NCBI GenBank assembly: GCA_030390025.1
Contig: JASTWF010000069.1
Location: 248,001-312,000 of the forward strand
Origin: Squalus acanthias
Lineage: Eukaryota
Reading direction: 5' to 3'
Length of the DNA stretch: 64,000 nt
Shown: in pieces, positions 46,743-59,097 of the stretch
Numbering within the stretch: position 1 is the stretch's first letter
How the letters are laid out: each line of letters begins with the position of its first letter
Position numbers and translations under genes: made by a program
Notes under the pieces: generated by a model
Told to the model about the DNA's origin: nothing
Seen by the model: only the letters and a program-made list of their open reading frames with translations
The model's database searches: none

Positions 46743-49700
46743 ATGGTAAAGGTTCTGACGAAAGGTCCTCGACCTGAAACATTAACTCTGTTTTTCTCTC
46801 CACAGATGCTGTCTGGCCTGCTGAGTTTTTCCAGCATTTTTTGTTGTTATTTCGGATTTCCAACATCCGCTGTATTTTGCTGTTGTATATGTGATGGTCT
46901 CGGCGCTGCGGGGAGGGAGAGACCGGCCTCCGGGACTCTGTGTGGCTCGAATCACAAATTCAGTCTCCACACAGCACAGATGTAACCAAGACCTTTACAG
47001 GGTGTCAGGCTAACCTGCCGCGGTTTGATGTCTGGATGCTGCAAACTGATATGGGCGGGGGGACTGGGGGCTCGGTCTGTCTCTCCGTCAATCTCCGGCT
47101 CTGAACACAGGGACAGGAGGAGGAGCACTGAGAGAGACTGAGACTGAGAGAGCGACGTTATCCTTTAAAAAGGGGGCACATGCTGATCCTTAAATTAGGG
47201 TAAGAGAGAGACTGACTGGGAGAGGGGTTGTCGTGGCCTCCCGTGTCCGCACTCCCACTCTGCCTCATCCAGTCAGTAAACTCACTGAGGCTCTTTCCCC
47301 ACCCGGGTTAAGGGCCGCTCACTGGGCGGGGTTAAAATCTCCTTTTTCTCCGCTGTGTTTTGGGTGTTTGAGCTGCTCTGAAAAGGGGGCGATTCTGTTC
47401 CATTCCTGTGCTTTGTGTCGCTGCCCCTGGGGCAGTGTCTCCTAAAGGGGCTGTTAGACAAGGCAACTCCTCACCAGGCGGAGGAGGGAGGGCGAGAGAA
47501 GTTTAAATCACAAAACTCTCAATTACAGCAAGTGGGACATTGGAGGAATTGGAGACTCATTGATCGCCTGTCAATCATCACCCGGGAGCAATGACCCTGA
47601 GCAGGAGGAAGGAACTGTGCAAAGGCTTCACTCTGCTTTCTTGTTGCAGGGATCGAGCTTGCTGAACCTGCTGCTGCTGCTGCTGCTGCTGAATACTGCT
47701 GGGGTTTCAGGTAAGTGCTGTGACTCGAGTAACATTTCAGTTCAAGTGTCAGTGGTTGATTCGTTGGGTCAGTGTCGAAGCCTGGGTGTGTGTGTGGACC
47801 TCAGTCCCAAATCCAGCGGCAGTTTGGCTCTCTTACTGCCAGTTAACCGCCAGTGTGGGTCATTGATATTAATTGCATCAGGAAATCCTCGAGTTTGGAA
47901 GCACTGTATGTACTGCCTGTGGGCCATTGAGGGAGTGGACACAGTAGGTGAGCTGAGAGCTGAAAGGAAGGCAGGTAATGTCTTCAGATTAACCCCTGTG
48001 ATGTGATCCGCTGCTTTTGGTTCGTTTGATTCAGCCATTCCCAGGCTTTGGGTTGTAGTAATAAAGATAGTTCAATGAACACATTGAAAATGTCTGATGA
48101 AACATAACATCTTATTTTGGACATTAGAAATTTGCAACTGATGCATAAACTAAACAAACTTTAAAATCCAATTTGAAGTTTATCTGTTGGAAAGTGTGAT
48201 GCTGAGGTGGTTTTGACATTATAAATGTTTACGCAGGGAATCTCCATTTTAAATCTTTCCCATTTAAAAATTACAGAAGAAATAATTGCTTGGCATACAC
48301 GGGACTTGTCGCTATAAATTATAAAATTCTCATCCTCGTGTTTAAATCCCTCCATGGCCCTCGCCCCTCCCTATCTCTGTCACCTCCTCCAACCCTTCCA
48401 GATCTCTGCGCTCCTCCAATTCTGGCCTCTTGCGCATCCCCCGATTTCCATCGCTCCACCATTGGCGGCCGTGCCTTCAGCTGCCTGGGCCCCAAGCTCT
48501 GGAATTCCCTCTCTCTCCTCTAAGATGCTGCTTAGAACCGACCTCTTTGACAGAGCGTTTGGTCACCTGTTATAATATCTCCTTATATGGCTTGGTGTCA
48601 AAATTTATTCGTTGATCGCTGCTGTGAAGCCTGGAAACACAAGGCCAGAAAATGAATAACACCCGGGCTGAGAAAAAGGCCTTGTCTTATCAGGGTATGA
48701 TGCGTTTCCAAACTGTCTGTTGTTCGTACATCGCCCTTTCCTCCACAGTTTCTCTCACTCTGAAAATGCTCAGGGAAAGGATGCTCAGGGAAAGGATGCT
48801 ATATAAATGGTGCTTGTTGTAAATAGTACATGCCTGAGCTTCAGCCTTCCCACAGCAGTGAAAGCAGTGAGTTACTGGTCAGAGCTTCTTGCAGTGTAAC
48901 CCTGTGAAGTTTGGGATGTAATGTCCCAGCAGAGAGGTTATATCTGTGGATAAATACTTTCAATCTTTTCCAGGTTCTTCGCCTGTCACAGTTTCTGGGT
49001 TCCTTGGGGGGCAGGTTGTGCTGCCCTGTACCTACAAAGGGAATGCCCCAGTCCCAGATTTACAAGTACTTTGGCAAATATCCGAGCGTGAAGTTTTGCA
49101 CCAGTTTGTCAATGGGAACGATGATTTGACACAGCAAGACCCGCGGTTCAGAAACAGAACAAACCTCTTCAAAGATCAACTGGAACACGGCAACTGGTCA
49201 GTTCTGCTCTCTGACCTCAGGCAGTCCGACCAGAACGAGTATGAGTGTCTGATTTTCAGGAGGACGCGTGTGGTCTTTTATTGGGTGCAAGATGTCTCAG
49301 TCCTTCTCTCTCTAACAGGTGAGGTTTCTGTTTCTGCATTGATCAGGAGTCTGTCAGCAATTTTATGGGTACGATAGTGCAGGGGTTCTGTTACTAGATT
49401 AATAATCCAGAGGCCTGGGCTCATAATCCAGAGAAGGTGAGTTCAAATCCCACCATGGCACTTTGAGAATTTGAGAATAAATCTGCAAATAAAAAGTTGG
49501 TATCAAAAGAAGTGACCCTGAAGCTGTTGGATTGTCGTCAAACCCAACTGGTTCACTAATGTCCCTTAGGGAAGGAAACCTGCCATCCTTACCCGGTCTG
49601 GTCTATAGGTGACTCCAGTCCCACACCAACATGGTTGACTTTTCACGGCCCTCTGTGGCCCAGCAAGTCAATCAGTTTCTATCAAACCACTAGAAAGATA

Positions 49701-52700
49701 AACAAGAATTAAATTGGATGAGCCAGGCATCGAACCAGGACACAGGAAAGGCAAATCCAGCCCAGTCAACGCTGCAAAGTCCTCCTCACTAACATCTGGG
49801 GCCTGGTGCCCAAGTTGGGAGAGCTGTGTGACATGGTCATACTCCCAGAATCAACCCTAAATCCAGACTCCTCTATCACCATCCCCGGGTATGTCCTGTC
49901 CCACCGGCAGGACAGACCCACCAGAGGTGGGGGCTCAGTGGTATACAGTCGGGTGGGAGTGGCCCCGGGAGTCCTCAACATTGACGACAATGGGGAGTAA
50001 TATTAGGCTGGGTGTGAAACCGGCGTTCCACCCGATCCCAAGACTTCCCCGACCCACAGATTAGTTTAAAATTCCCCCTCTGTTTCAGCGGGCTGTTGGG
50101 TTTAATTGTAGGGAGGCTGCTGCTTGTCAGTCTCCAGTTATCTCTATCGGAAAGCCTGTATTGATCGCATTGTGGGGCAGTGTGTGTGTGTGCAAGGAGC
50201 TGTGGGCTGGTGTGTGTGATTATTGGAATCGAACCTCTCCCATCGCTCCGGGGCTAGAATTGACCAGGGATCTATTTGTGCTGGGGATGGTTCTGAACCA
50301 CTCGGTGCTGAAGGTCTCTGCTGTTAGTTTTGTGAGTGTGTCCCGGTCTGTTAACGGTTTATTCTGTCTCTAGATCCTGGACACACTACTGGAGCAGCAG
50401 TTCGATTGGGAATCGGAATTCTTGCTCCTCTTACTCTTGCTGTTTTCATTGGGGTTTTCCTGATCCGAAAGCGACGGTGGTGAGTTCTAGAATGTGCCGC
50501 AGTTTCCATTGTTGATTCTAGTTTTGTTCTATTACACTTTGTGTTTGAAGATGTTGTGTGCAGCGATACACTTTGAGCTGTGTGCGATGCTTCAATGTAG
50601 CATTATCCCATCACTTCCAGCTTGTTGTCATCTCTGTTGCTCCGTTCACTAGCCACCGACTCCATCCCCTCTCCCTGGCCACCGACTCCATCCCTCTCCC
50701 TGGCCACTGTCTGAGGCTGAACCAGTTCACAACCTCGGCGTCTTATTAGACCCTGAGCTGAGCTTCCGACCCGTATCCTCCCCATCACCAAGACCGCCTA
50801 CTTCCACCTCCGTAACATCGCCCGTCTCCGCCCCTACCTCAGCTCATCTGCTGCTGAAACCCTCATCCATGCCTTACCGCAAAACTCGACCATTTCAAAA
50901 CTCTCCTTTCTGTATCCTAACTCACACCAAGTCCCGTTCACCCATCACCCTCTGTGTTCACTGACCTACATTCATCCTCCTGTTCAAATCCCTCCGTGGC
51001 CTCCTCCAGCCCCACAACTCTCCGAGATCTCTGCACTCCTCCAATTCTGGCCTCTTGAGCATCCCTGATTTCCATCGCTCCACCATTGGCGGCCGTGCCT
51101 TCAGCCGCCTGGGCCCCGAGCTCTGGAATTCCTTCCCTAAACCTCTCTGCCTCTCTCTCTCCTCCTTTAAGATGCTCCTTAAAACTGACCTCTTTGACCA
51201 AGTTTTTGGTCGCCTGTCCTAATATCTCCTCATGTGGCTCGCTGTCAAATTTTGTTTGATCACCACTGTGAAGCACCTTGGGCGATAAAGGCGCTATATA
51301 AACTCAAGTTGTTGCTCTATCTCCACTTGTGCTTAAATTTTTCAAACCACCCCCTTGACCCGGCCATCAGTGATTCCGATCACTGAGAAGGCCATCCTGG
51401 ATTTCCTCGTCTCCCTCAACATCCACATCTCCCTGCCCACCTCTTACCCCCCACTTCCCCCTTTGCCCCCCGGTGGGGAGAAGGAACTATTGCTGGGATC
51501 TCTAACTCTTCTCTGGTCTTTCCCCATCACGATATTTCTGCCTCCGTTAGCCTGTTCGGCCACTGCTAGAACAGGCTTGACCACATCAAGAAATACCATC
51601 TCCATCTGTGGCTCTCAGTACTTCAGGATCAGACTGGAGAGTACGGACATGCCCAACATCCTCCTGTCTGATCTGATCCCCATCATCTTTTACTCATTTA
51701 CTAGAGTTCTTTGATGTAACGAGCAGGGTGGATAAAGGGGAACCAGTAGATGTGGTGTATTTGGATTTCCAGAAGGTATTCGATAAGGTGCCACATAAAA
51801 GGTTACTGCACAAGATAAGAGCTCACGGGGTTGGGGGTAATATATTAGCATGGATAGAGGATTGGCTAACTAACAGAAAACAGCGAGTCGGGATAAATGG
51901 GTCATTTTCTGGTTGGCAAACTGTAACTAGTGGGGTGCCACAGGGATCAGTGCTGGGTCCTCAAATACTTACAATCTGTATTAATGACTTGGATGAAGGG
52001 ACCGTGTGTAATGTCGCCAAATTTGCTGCTGATACAAAGATAGGTGGGAACACAAGTTGTGAGGAGGACACAGAGTCTGCAAAGGGATATGGATAGGTTA
52101 AGTGGGCAAAAATTTGGCAGATGGAGTATAATGTGGGAAAATGTGAGGTTATCCACTTTGGTAGGAAAAATAAAAAAGCAAATTATTATTTAAATGGAGA
52201 GAGACTACATAATGCTGTGGTACAGAGGGATCTGGGGGTCCTCATACATGAAACACAAAGTTAGCATGCAGGTACAGCAAGTAATTAGGAAGGCAAATGG
52301 AATGTTGGCCTTTATTGCAAGGGGGATGGAGTATAAAAGTAGGGAAGTCTTGCTACAACTGTACAGGGCGCTGGTGAGACCACACCTGGAGTACTGCGTA
52401 CAGTTTTGGTCTCCTTATTTAAGGAGGGATAGGGATATACTTGCATTGGAGGCAGTTCAGAGAAGGTTCACGAGGTTAATTCCTGGGATGAAGGGGTTGT
52501 CTTATGAAGAAAGGTTGAGCAGGTTGGGTCTATACTCATTGGAGTATCGAAGAATGAGAGGGGATCTTATCGAAACATATAAGATTCTGAGGGGGCTCGA
52601 CAGGGTAGATGCAGGGAGGATGTTTCCCCTCGTGGGGGAATCTAGAATTAGGGGGCACAGTTTCCGGATAAGGGGTCGCCCATTTAAAACAGAGATGAGG

Positions 52701-53065
52701 AGGAATTTCTTCTGAGGGTCGTGAATCTTTGGAATTCTCTACCCCAGAGAGCTGTGGAGGCTGGGTCATTGAATATATTCAAGGCGGAGATAGACAGATA
52801 TTTCAGCTACAGGGGAGTCAAGGGTTATGGGGAGCGGGCGGGAACGTGGCATTAAGGCCAAGATCAGATCAGCCATGATCTTATTGAATGGCGGGGCAGG
52901 CTCGAGGGGTGGAATGGCCGACTCCTGATACTATTTCTTATGTTCTCATCAATTCTTTCTTAATCTCCAAAATTGAGGCTAGCTGTCATTTTTCTATTTC
53001 TCTGGTGCCTCAGGCAGCACGGGTCCTGTGGAGTGTACAACTCCTGCCCATTGCCTCCCCTATAA
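46743..53065 (+). CDS. Gene C: B7/butyrophilin-like single-IgV receptor (leader-V-TM-tail), ~188 aa; join(46743-46745,47650-47710,48974-49318,50374-50479,53014-53065)
   Basis: GT-AG introns, phases 0,1,1,2; 567 nt with no internal stop. Confidence 0.75.
46748..46892 (+). mobile_element. Penelope-like terminal-repeat insert with a minimal hammerhead-like motif
   Basis: CTGACGA-A-AGGTC-CTC-GACCT-GAAAC at 46755-46780; GATGGT duplication at 46742-46747 and 46893-46898. Confidence 0.6.
47650..47710 (+). CDS. Gene C signal-peptide exon (GSSLLNLLLLLLLLNTAGVS-G)
   Basis: ttgttgcag| ... TCAG|gtaagt; (CTG)8. Confidence 0.85.
48974..49318 (+). CDS. Gene C IgV exon (V3)
   Basis: ttttccag|...ACAG|gtgagg, 345 nt; canonical Cys/Trp/Cys retained. 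Confidence 0.92.
50374..50479 (+). CDS. Gene C transmembrane exon (DPGHTTGAAVRLGIGILAPLTLAVFIGVFLIRKRR)
   Basis: ctctag| ... TG|gtgagt; in-frame 3-bp insertion relative to A and B. Confidence 0.88.
53014..53065 (+). CDS. Gene C putative cytoplasmic-tail exon (W-QHGSCGVYNSCPLPPL*)
   Basis: Same acceptor as gene A; AATAAA at 53258-53263. Confidence 0.6.
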
Positions 53066-56000
53066 ACCTCCTCTCCTCTATACTCTGCTCCATCAACGTG
53101 CAGCTCCTGTGACACATTTTCCAGCTACCAGTGGTGCCCAGGATGTTGTGTAATTTAATCGGTCTGTGCTCCTGAACGGCTCCTTTACACACTTGTCCAA
53201 AGTGTTGGATCCTTTTAACGTAACCTGCACTCTGCTGGTTTCTCTCCTAGGAAACAAAATAAAGACTCCAGCAATCCAGAAGCAGCATCTAATGGCGGCC
53301 CTTTGACAAACGTGCCTTGTTCGGATGAAGCACGGAGCCTTGTGACAACAGCAGCTGAGCATCAGACTGGAGCGGCTGGAGAACAAAACCTTCTGGGGAA
53401 TCTGGCTGTCCAGCGCTGACTGAGTTTACACTGCACTGTGCCTGGGTCAGGGAGGGGCCGACCAGCCCGGTATTGTGGTTATCATAGAATAGCACAGCAC
53501 AGGAGGAGGCCATTCTATCGAGTGACTCCTGGAGGGAAGTCTGAGCTCAGGCTTGGGATCAGCAGTCACTTCCCCCTCTCACCAGCACAGTCTCGGAGGA
53601 GATAAGCTCCCAATGGAACTGTTGCCCCTTCACTAGAAAAACTGTCCAATCGGTATTTTATTCTATGCATTATATCGCGGCATTACTGTGTCCAAGCTCA
53701 GTCTCGGGAACATCCAGGACCACCTTTAGCTGTGTAACCCATTGATCACTCCCTGTGAGAGATGGTAACTCCTAAATATCCCATCAATGAGCGGGAACAA
53801 CAGGCACTTTCTGATTAATTTCTTTACTTGTTCAGGGTGTGGGTGGTGTTGGCAGGGCCCCATTTCTTGACCATCTCGACTTGAACCACTGCAGTCTTTG
53901 TAGCGATGGCGCTCCCACAGTGGGGAATGTGGGAAGAGGCTTCAGAACCTCCCTCTGCAGCATCACTCACGAGCCAGAGCCAGCGACGACATCATTGCCA
54001 GCAACTGCTTTATATACAGAATTTATATTCCAGGTGTTTTACAGATGGAAACTGTCTACAGCAAAAAATTATGCACTATTTAAAAAAGGAGGGAAGGAGA
54101 AAACCAGGAACTACAGCCTAACATCAGTAGTAGGGAAAATGCTAGTCTATTATAAAGGATGCGATAACAGGACACTTAGAAAATATCAACGGGATTAGAC
54201 AAAGTCAACATGGATTTATGAAAGGGAAATCGTGTTTGACAAACCTACTGGAATTTTTGAGGATGTAACTGGTAGAATAGATAAGGGAGAACCAGTGGAT
54301 GTGGTGTATTTGGATTTTCAGAAGGCCTTTGATAAAGTCCCACATAAGAGGTTAGTGTGCAAAATTAAAGCACATGGGATTGGGGGTAATATACTGGCAT
54401 GGATTGAAAATTGGTTAACAGACAGGAAACACAGTAGGAATAAATGGGTCTTTTTCGGGGTGACTAGTGGGGTACCGCAGGGATCAGTGCTGGGGCCCCA
54501 GCTATTCACGATATATCAATGATTTGGATGAGGGAACCAAATGTAATATTTCCAACTTTGCTGACAACACAAAACTAGGTGGGATTGTGAGGAGGATGCA
54601 AAGAGGCTTCAAGGTGATTTAGACAAGTTGAGTGAGTGGGCAAATACATGGCAGATGCAGTATAACGTGCATAAATGTGAAGTTATTCACTTCGGTAGGA
54701 AAAACAAAGGTAGAGTATTATTTAAATGGTGATAGATTGGGAAATGCTGATGTGCAGAGGGACCTGGGTGTCCCTGTACACCAGTCACAGAAAGCAAACA
54801 TGCAGGTGCAGCAAGCAGTTAGGAAGGCAAATGGTATGTTGGCCTTCATTGCAAGAGGATTTGAGTACAGGAGCAAGGATGTCTTGCTACAGTTGTACAG
54901 GGCCTTGGTGAGACCACACCTGGAGTAGTGTGTGCAGTTTTGGTCTCCTTACCTAAGAAAGGATATACTTGCCATAGAGGGAGTGCAACGAAGGTTCACC
55001 TGACTGATTCCTGGGATGGCAGGACTGTCGTATGAGGAGAGATTGGGTCGACTAGGCCTGTATTCACTAGCGTTTAGAAGAATGAGAGGGGATCTCATTG
55101 AAACGTATAAAATTCTGACAGGGCGAGACAGACTGGGTGCAGGGAGGATGTTTCCCTTGGCTGGGGGGTCTAGAACGAGGGGTCACAGTCTCAGGATACA
55201 GGGTAGGACATTTAGGACTGAGATGAGGAGAAATGTCTTCACTCAGAGGGTGGTGAACCTGTGGAATTCTCCACCACAGAAGGCTGTGGAGGCCAAGTCA
55301 CTGAATATATTTAAGTAGGAGACAGATAGATTTCTAGACGCAAAAGGCATCAAGGGGTATGGGGAGAGAGCGGGGATATGGTATTGAGATAGAGGATCAA
55401 CCATGATCATATTGAATGATGGAGCAGGCTCAAAGGGCCTACTCCTGCTCCTATTTTTCTATGTTTCTATTTGAATATTGCTTGAAGTTTTCAATCCAAG
55501 CAGTGATTAAAGAGAAGTCGGTCTTTATATTTGTCAGTGGATGTATAGAATCATTAGAAGGACACAGCCGAGACAGAGGCCTCTATTTATAAACCCATAG
55601 ACCTGTACCTGGCCACTGGCTTTTAATGATTTGTGAACCTTGGACTCCCAAATCTCTCTGCTCTACAGTTCCTCATCTCTCACTGTTTTATACACACAAT
55701 TCATATTCTAAATATTTTACATATGTCGACACGACTGATACTGCCTTAGTGACCAAAAATTGTGTCTGTGTACGCGCACCAAATCCCAAGAATCTTTTTG
55801 ACCGATCGTAACCATTCCCGGGAAAAGGGCATTCGGGGTCGGAGAGTTAGGCGATTTTCCCAACTACTGCCCAGCGAATGCCCGTGAAATTCTTGTGCTG
55901 GTAAAAGGCCTGGTTGGGCCAGCATACACGTAGAGGCCCAGGAAGGCGAGTCTACGTGGATCCCGAGGAACCAGGTAGGCGCGGATTGTATTCGGGTTCG

Positions 56001-57614
56001 GAGGCATTTCCCCGCGGGAAGCCTCCGACCGCAAATTCAGGCCCTTTGTATGAATAAATAAATGTATATAATATGTCTGCCTTTCTCTCCTGTATACTGG
56101 AATGTCACTTTTCTATATGTACATTTTGAACCTGTGATTAAAGGGAAGCCCATGTTTATATGAGTGGATGTACAGTCTTGCTTTGTTTAAGGACCGAAAG
56201 CAGAGTAACGGTGAACGGTTGTTTTTCAGACTGGAGGGAGGTATACAGTGGTGTCCAAGGGCTTGCTGTTGGGACCACTGCTCTTTTGATGTATATTAAT
56301 GACCTGGTCTTGGGTATACAGGGCATCATTTCAAAGTTTGCAGATGACACGGAACTCTGAAATATAATAAGACAGCGAGATGGGGCAGGAACAGACTTCA
56401 GGAGGATCGAGAGCGAGACAGACTGAATCATAGAATAGAATCAGAGAAATTTACAGCACAGAAGGAGGCCATTCGACTCACCGTGTCTGTGCCGGCCGAA
56501 TGAGCTATCCAGTCTAATCCCACTTTCCAGCTCTTGGTCCATGGCCCTGTAGGTTACGGCACTTCAAGCGCATATCCAAGAACTTTTTAAATGCGATGAG
56601 GGTTTCTGCCTCTACCACCCTTTCAGGCAGTGAGTTCCAGACCCCCACCACCCTCTGGGTGAAAAAAGTTCTCCTCAACTCCCCTCTAATCCTTCGACCA
56701 ATTACTTTAAATCTCTGCCCCCTGGTTATTGACCTCTCTGCTAGGGGAAATAGGTTCTTCCTATCCACTCTATCTAAGCCCCTCATCATTTTATACAACT
56801 CAATTAAGTCCTTCCCTCAGCCTCCTCTGTTCCAAAGAAAACAACCCCAGCCTATCCAATCTTTCCTCATAGCAGAAATTCTCCAGTCCTGGCAACATCC
56901 TCGTAAATCTCCTCTGAACCCTCTCCAGTGCAATCACGTCTTTCCTGTAATGTGGTGACCAGAACTGTACACCGTACTCTAGCTGTGGCCTAACTAGTGT
57001 TTTATACAATTCAAGCATAACCTCCCTGCTCTTATATTCTATGCCTCGGCTAATAAAGGAAAGTATCCCGTATGCCTTCTTAACCTGTTACCTTCAGGGA
57101 TCTGTGGACATGCACTCCAAGGAGCCTCTGTTCCTCTACAAGTCTCAGTATCCTACTATTTATTGTGTATTCCCTTGTCTTGTTAGCCCTCCACAAATGC
57201 ATTACCTCACCCTTCTCCAGTTTGAATTCCATTTGCCAGTTCTCTGCCCACCTGACCAGTCCATTGATATCTTCCTGCAGTCCACAGCTTTCTTCCTCAC
57301 TGTCAACCATACGGCCAATTTTTAGAAGATCTGCAAAATTCTTAATCATGCCCCCCTACATTGAAGTCTAAATTACGGATATATACCACAAAATGCAAGG
57401 GACCTGGAACAGAACCACACTGGAAACAGCCTTCCAGTCACAAAAACACCCGTCGGCCATTACCCTTTGTTTCCTGCCACTGAGCCAATTTTGGATCCAA
57501 CTTTCCCTTAGATCCCATGAGCTTTTACTTTTCTGCTCAGACTGTCATGTGGGACCTTGTCAAAAGCCTTGCTGAAATCTATGTAGACTACATCAAACAG
57601 ACAATCCTGTGGGT

Positions 57615-58245
57615 GGGGGGCAGTACTGAGGGAGCGCCGCACTGTCGGAGGGGCAGTACTGAGGGAGCGCCGCACTGTCGGAGGGGCAGTACTGAGGGAG
57701 CGCCGCACTGTCGGAGGGGCAGTACTGAGGGTGCGCCGCACTGTCAGAGCGGCAGTACTGAGGGAGCGCCGCACTGTCGGAGGGGCAGTACTGAGGGTGC
57801 GCCGCACTGTCAGAGCGGCAGTACTGAGGGAGCGCCGCACTGTCGGAGGGGCAGTACTGAGGGCGCGCCGCACTGTCGGAGGGGCAGTACTGAGGGAGCG
57901 CCGCACTGTCGGAGGGGCAGTACTGAGATGCGCCGCACTGTCGGAGGGGCAGTACTGATGGAGCGCCACACTGTCGGAGGGGCAGTACTGAGGGAGCGCC
58001 GCACAGTCGGAGGGACAGTACTGAGGGAGCGCCGCACTGTCGGAGGGGCAGTACTGAGGGAGAGCCGCACTGTCAGAGGGTCAGTACTGAGGGAGCGCCG
58101 CACTGTCAGAGGGGCAGTACTGATGGAGTGCCACACTGTCGGAGGGGCGGTACTGAGGGAGCGCCGCACTGTCGGAGGGGCAGTACTGAGGGAGCGCTGC
58201 ACTGTCGGAGGGGCAGTACTGAGGGAGTGCTGCACAGTTGGAGGT
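57615..58245 (+). repeat. 33-bp minisatellite (~19 units)
   Basis: Three units (99 bp) longer than the paralogue at 25950. Confidence 0.9.
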
Positions 58246-59097
58246 GCCGTCTTTCGGATGAAACGTTAAACCGAGGCCCCTCGGGTGGACGGCCATCAAT
58301 TCAAAGAGCAGGGGAGTTCTCCTCAGTGTCCTCAGGCCAATATTTATCCCTCAAGCAACATCCAAAACAGATTAACTGGTCATTTATCTCAGTGCTGTTT
58401 GTGGGATCTTGCTGTGTGTAAAGTGAAAAAACTGAAAATGGGAATTACCTTTCCGAGATACATTGGACTGTTGGTTGGGGGTCTCTCCTCATGTTGCTAT
58501 GATTTGGGTCATGTTTGACTGTCCGTGTGGCCTCTAGACACACTACTTCTGATTGCAAGCATTCTCCAGGATCAACTCGACCTTCCTCAATCATTGCGAT
58601 TGAGTTTACTTCAGTGTCCAGGACACATTGAACCCTCCATTGGTTGCTGCTGGGCTTGTTCCAGTATCTGAGACACATTGAACCTCCTCATGACTGTGGC
58701 TTTTTCACCAGACACCTTTTTACCTCTTTATTCCGAACCCTACTTGTTACCTCTACCCTGGCGAGCGGAGGCGAGAATTCCAGTCTCTGAATACTGGGTT
58801 GACATCCAGCGAGGTTCTGGTGCCCGATGGGAGCGGAGTGTCAACCCGACACCCATCGTATCTAGCCGGACCCTCCTGGTAGGGCAATGTTCATCAGGCT
58901 AAGGACCCATCCATATAAAAAGGGTCTTCATAATGGAGCACAATCTACTGGATGTAAAAGCAGTGGAACGAATGAGTTGCCACATTTTTGAAATAATAAT
59001 TCTCGAGATGTCGCTGGCAAGGCCGGCATTTATTGCCCATCCCTCGTCGTCCCTTGAGAAAGTGTTGGCGGGCCTTCTTCTTGAACCGCCACCATCC

